From: Octopus bimaculoides | Taxonomy: Eukaryota | Assembly: GCF_001194135.2 (NCBI RefSeq) | Contig: NC_068990.1 | Coordinates: 68,287,236-68,327,179 of the forward strand | Length of the DNA: 39,944 nucleotides | Direction of reading: 5' to 3' | Shown: piece by piece, positions 36,216 through 39,944 of the stretch | Layout: each line of letters opens with the position of its first letter | Numbering within the stretch: the first letter of the stretch is position 1 | Notes under the pieces: model-generated | Told to the model about the DNA's origin: nothing | What the model saw: the letters and a program-made list of their open reading frames with translations, nothing else | The model's database searches: none | Made by a program: the position numbers and the translations under genes

Positions 36216-37016
36216 GAAATGCTTTGCGGTATTTCGTCTGCCGTTACGTTCTGTGTTCAAATTCTGCCGAGGTCGACTTTGCCTTTCATCCTTTCGGGGT
36301 CGATAAATGAAGTACCAGTTACGCACTGGGGTCGATATAATCGACTTAATCCGTTTGTCTGTCCTTGTTTGACCCCTCTGTGTGTAGCCCCTTGTGGGCA
36401 GTAAAGAAATAGGTATTTTGTCTGCCGTTACGTTCTGTGTTCAAATTCTGCCGAGGTCGACTTTGCCTTTCATCCTTTCGGGGTCGATAAATTAAGTACC
36501 AGTTAAGCACTGGGGTCAATGTAATCGACTCAATACCTTTGTCTGTCCTTGTTTGGTCCCTCTATGTTTAGCCCCTTGTGGGCAATAAAGAAATAAGAAT
36601 CGTTAGCACGCCGAGCATAATAATGCTTAGCGACATTTCGTCCGTCCTTACGTTCTGAGTTCAGATTCCGCACAGGTCAACTTTGCTTTTCATCCTTTCA
36701 GGGTCGATAATATGAGTACCAGCTGAATACTGGTGTCGATGTACTCGACTCATACCCTCTCCCGAAATTTCCGGTCGTGCTAAAACTTGGAATCAATATT
36801 TACTTATAGATAAGGCGGTGAGCTGGCAGAATCGCTACAGTGCTTAGTGGCATTACTCCCGACTGTTTACTTGCTGAGTTCAAATATAACCGAAGCTGAC
36901 TTTGCCTGTCATTCTTTAAGTGGTTGATACAAGTACCAGTTGAGCACAGGGATAGATGTAATCGACTTCCACCTCCCCTTCAAAATTGCTGGACTTATAC
37001 CAAAATTAGAAAGAAT
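36216..37016 (+). mobile_element. Array of four head-to-tail SINE family B copies
   Basis: Copies at 36216-36411, 36412-36596, 36597-36800 and 36814-37016. The first two are very similar and share a distinct tail (tttgtctgtccttgttt..agccccttgtgggca.taaagaaata). Confidence 0.9.
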
Positions 37017-37819
37017 ACTTCTACAAACAGGCATAATACAGTGACGATTAACGCTCGGTGAGCTAAGTCGAAACCTCAACGCTTATTGATAAATATATCA
37101 GTCAGTAAGTGTATAAGGGGTATTGAAATGTCTTAAGTAGCAATCACACAGGGTCATATATAAAGCTTGTTTGAAATTGCTCCCAGTGTTTAGTATATTC
37201 TATTTAATCTACTACGTTCCTTATTAACATACAATGATGGAGTTAGATCGTCAACTATACTGACTCTCGCAAGCATGTAACAGGTTTGTGATTTCATCGT
37301 TATTTGGATAATTGGCAAACAATGCCAACCCGTTAGGATTTAAACAGATTAATTATTATGAGATAATAATTGACTTCTGACGAATTGGATTTAATTATTC
37401 ACGAGTGGAATACATAATTTATCATCATTTGAAAATGGCCTTTAAAACGTCATTCATATTTTATCGAAATATTCTCACTAGTTTATCAAGGATAGCAAAT
37501 TGTCCATGATATAGTATACATATATATTGCACATATCGCAAAATCATTACATCATTAGTAATAATTTGTCAAAAGTTCATAAGCAATGAAAAACGGTTAT
37601 TAAACTGTCATGTATTGTCAGCCATTTTCAGTAGGTTAAACTAGGATAGGATCTACATTGAGGATTAAATGTCTCAAAATGTGCAGCTTCCAGCTCATTT
37701 TATTCAACGGAACGACCTCAGTAGAAATTAATTAAAAACCTAAGATAAATAAAAATACTAAACATACTTTTCTTGTTTGAAAGATAGAAGGTATTGTTCT
37801 CATAATATTAATTTGTTTT

Positions 37820-38160
37820 TCACTTGTTTCAGTCATTGGACGCCAAATTAACTCCTGTACCTTAAATTTTAAAAAGTCTGGTACTTATTCTATCTCTCTT
37901 TTGCTGAACCACATAGTTACCAGAACGTAAACAAAGTAATGCCGGTTGCCAGGAGGGACAATATAGGGACAAACATAACCAAAAAGACACACACATATAC
38001 GAAGAGCTTCCACACATTTTCCGTCTACCAAATTCGCTCACTAATCATCGGTCTGTTTGCAGCTATAGCAGAAGACGCATTCTCAAGATGTTATACAGTG
38101 GGAACTGAACCCGAAGCCACGTCGTGCAAATCAAGGTTGTTTAACATACAGCCACGCCAG
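37820..38160 (-). mobile_element. Degenerate full-length SINE family A
   Basis: ttcacttgtttcagtcattgg (3' end), ttccgtctaccaaattc..gctatagcagaagac, cagtgggaactgaaccc, catacagccacgcc (head). Confidence 0.75.
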
Positions 38161-38767
38161 TGCCTGACGGAGCTTTAATCACTTTCTCGCCTTCAAGGTC
38201 GTTTGTGGAAGATGCATTTCAAAAACTGAAAATAAACATTTTCTTTTCTCTCTCTTTCAAATATTCTGTTTTAAGTGTTTACCAAACTGTTAATTTATTG
38301 TGGGATTGAAGTTTTTTACACAACCGTCATCTTTCTAATTGTTTAAACAGCTGGAAATTGTTTACAAAATCCATCCTTTTGTTTTGTGCAATGTTCCCAG
38401 TAGTTTCTTAATTACTACTTTTTCTTTGTACTCTGTTCTCGAGTATTTTGAAATGGTTCTTCGAAAATCAGCCTCAATTCCGTGTGCTTTGTCTAATATC
38501 ACGAAGAATTTCAAAAGTGACATCGTTTCCATTCTTTGATCTCCCGATGTTCTTAACAGTTCTAAATGGCTTGTAAAGTAATCTATTACGATTGACATTT
38601 AATTTAACTCGCTGAAAACACAAATATAATATATCGTCATTTGGAGCTTACGTCTGTTGGTAGTTTTTTTCTAAACAGCTAGAAATAATTAAAACCGGCG
38701 AACACATATATATATATGTGTACATATTGTATACATACATGTACGTGTATGTGTGCCTGTATATATA

Positions 38768-38941
38768 NNNNNNNNNNNNNNNNNNNNNNNNNNNNNNNNN
38801 NNNNNNNNNNNNNNNNNNNNNNNNNNNNNNNNNNNNNNNNNNNNNNNNNNNNNNNNNNNNNNNNNNNNNNNNNNNNNNNNNNNNNNNNNNNNNNNNNNNN
38901 NNNNNNNNNNNNNNNNNNNNNNNNNNNNNNNNNNNNNNNNN
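38768..38941. other. Assembly gap (N run) flanked by (TA)n
   Basis: N bases. Confidence 1.
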
Positions 38942-39832
38942 ATATATATATATAAATTCATAAGAATTTTTGCTGGAAATTGATACATTTGTATTAATAC
39001 ATTTGTATTGAAATATTTATATATATATATATATATATATAGCGGCGTACGTACACTTTTGGTCTCCTGTATGTAAGTATATATATATCTAAATTCTGTA
39101 CGACGCTTTTACTCTTTCTTTTAGCCTCCTTCACACTTTCTTCGCTCTTTCCACTTTTCTTTTCCTCACCCCAGTCTCTCACATTTCTTGCCTTCCTTCA
39201 TTCTCATCACTTTCCCTCTTCCTTTACCTCCCTCAGTCATTTTACTTTCTTTTTGTCTCTTTCTCGTCCCTCCCTAATTCTTCAATCCCTCTGCCCCTAC
39301 CTCTCTCCTCTCTTTCCACGTGACCGATGTTCCGCCGAGTCTGACCTTTCTTTCTTGGTTCGACTACCATCCGTGTATCGTTTCTTATATTTCTTCCTAT
39401 GACTTTCATTTCTTATGTTCCTGCCTTAAGGCTTCACTTCCACACAGACCAGCTTAATTTAATTCGTCCTTAGTCGAAAGACACCTGTTGTTAATGTCCT
39501 GTTGTTTGTATTTGTAATTGTGTACCATTTCTCGATATTTTTCGTCGTTGTTTTCGCATACATTCACTTGCTTTCTTCCAAAGAATCAAGTGCTCTTAGC
39601 TTAGATGTTCTTGGGACCGGCCAGATTGGAGCAGTCTTGAGTGTAACCGGCCGAAACTGCAACGACGATTTGGAACTCGACTGAAGATAGAAAACCTCCC
39701 ATAACCCTTCCTTGTTTTTCCTATCTTTTTTGTATTTTGTTGTTGCCTGTTACGTTCTTGTTCCATTTTTTGGTTTTCTTATATATATACATATATATAT
39801 ATATATGTATATATATGTATATAAGCCTAATG

Positions 39833-39903
39833 ATAGCAACGGAGAATAGGCACCACCCAGAACAAAGTTTGGGTGGGCTACACCTGCCTACCTCGGTTGC
39901 TAT
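39833..39903. other. Extended imperfect stem-loop
   Basis: atagcaac/gttgctat, taggca/tgccta and ccaccca/tgggtgg nested pairings. Confidence 0.6.
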
Positions 39904-39944
39904 GGCATTGAGGTAGATCCAACCACCCCCGTTAACGGGTACAA

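Noticed and set aside
754-39684. ORF-track entries rich in IYIY, HTHT, poly-N/K/S/L/I or X
   Set aside because: They are translations of microsatellites and N-gaps. Only 25234-25614 (LINE), the 24355-24549 tail (LINE) and possibly 34156-34392 (TE relic) carry recognisable coding signal.
39631-39687. Hammerhead-like pieces GCAGUC, GAAACUGC and CUGAAGA
   Set aside because: Stem III would pair, but the motif order (NUH, GAAA, CUGANGA) is not a valid circular permutation and no stem I or II is available.

Overview
AT-rich eukaryotic (metazoan) draft-assembly DNA with eight N-gaps, several of them abutting (TA)n, and dense microsatellites. I find no confidently supported host protein-coding exon, RNA gene or CRISPR array. 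Almost all ORFs in the supplied track are microsatellite or N-run artefacts. The repeat landscape (tRNA-headed SINE families plus TA/TAA/TCA/ATAC microsatellites) resembles what I recall of Octopus genomes; this is an inference, not a database result. The window is layered transposon debris: (i) at least seven 3' pieces of restriction-like-endonuclease LINEs (R4/Dong-like), each sitting in a short tandem repeat, the longest about 1.9 kb at 24451-26340; (ii) many SINE copies, including head-to-tail arrays; (iii) a Penelope GIY-YIG fragment; (iv) very old Ty3/Gypsy pol relics and solo-LTR candidates; (v) a MITE-like element with a 14-bp tandem array. The most notable structure is a roughly 5.9 kb inverted duplication (arms about 18313-19250 and 23262-24200) whose outer half is near-identical and whose inner half is clearly diverged. 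I do not see evidence for a new multi-gene system. All translations and identities were done by eye and are approximate.
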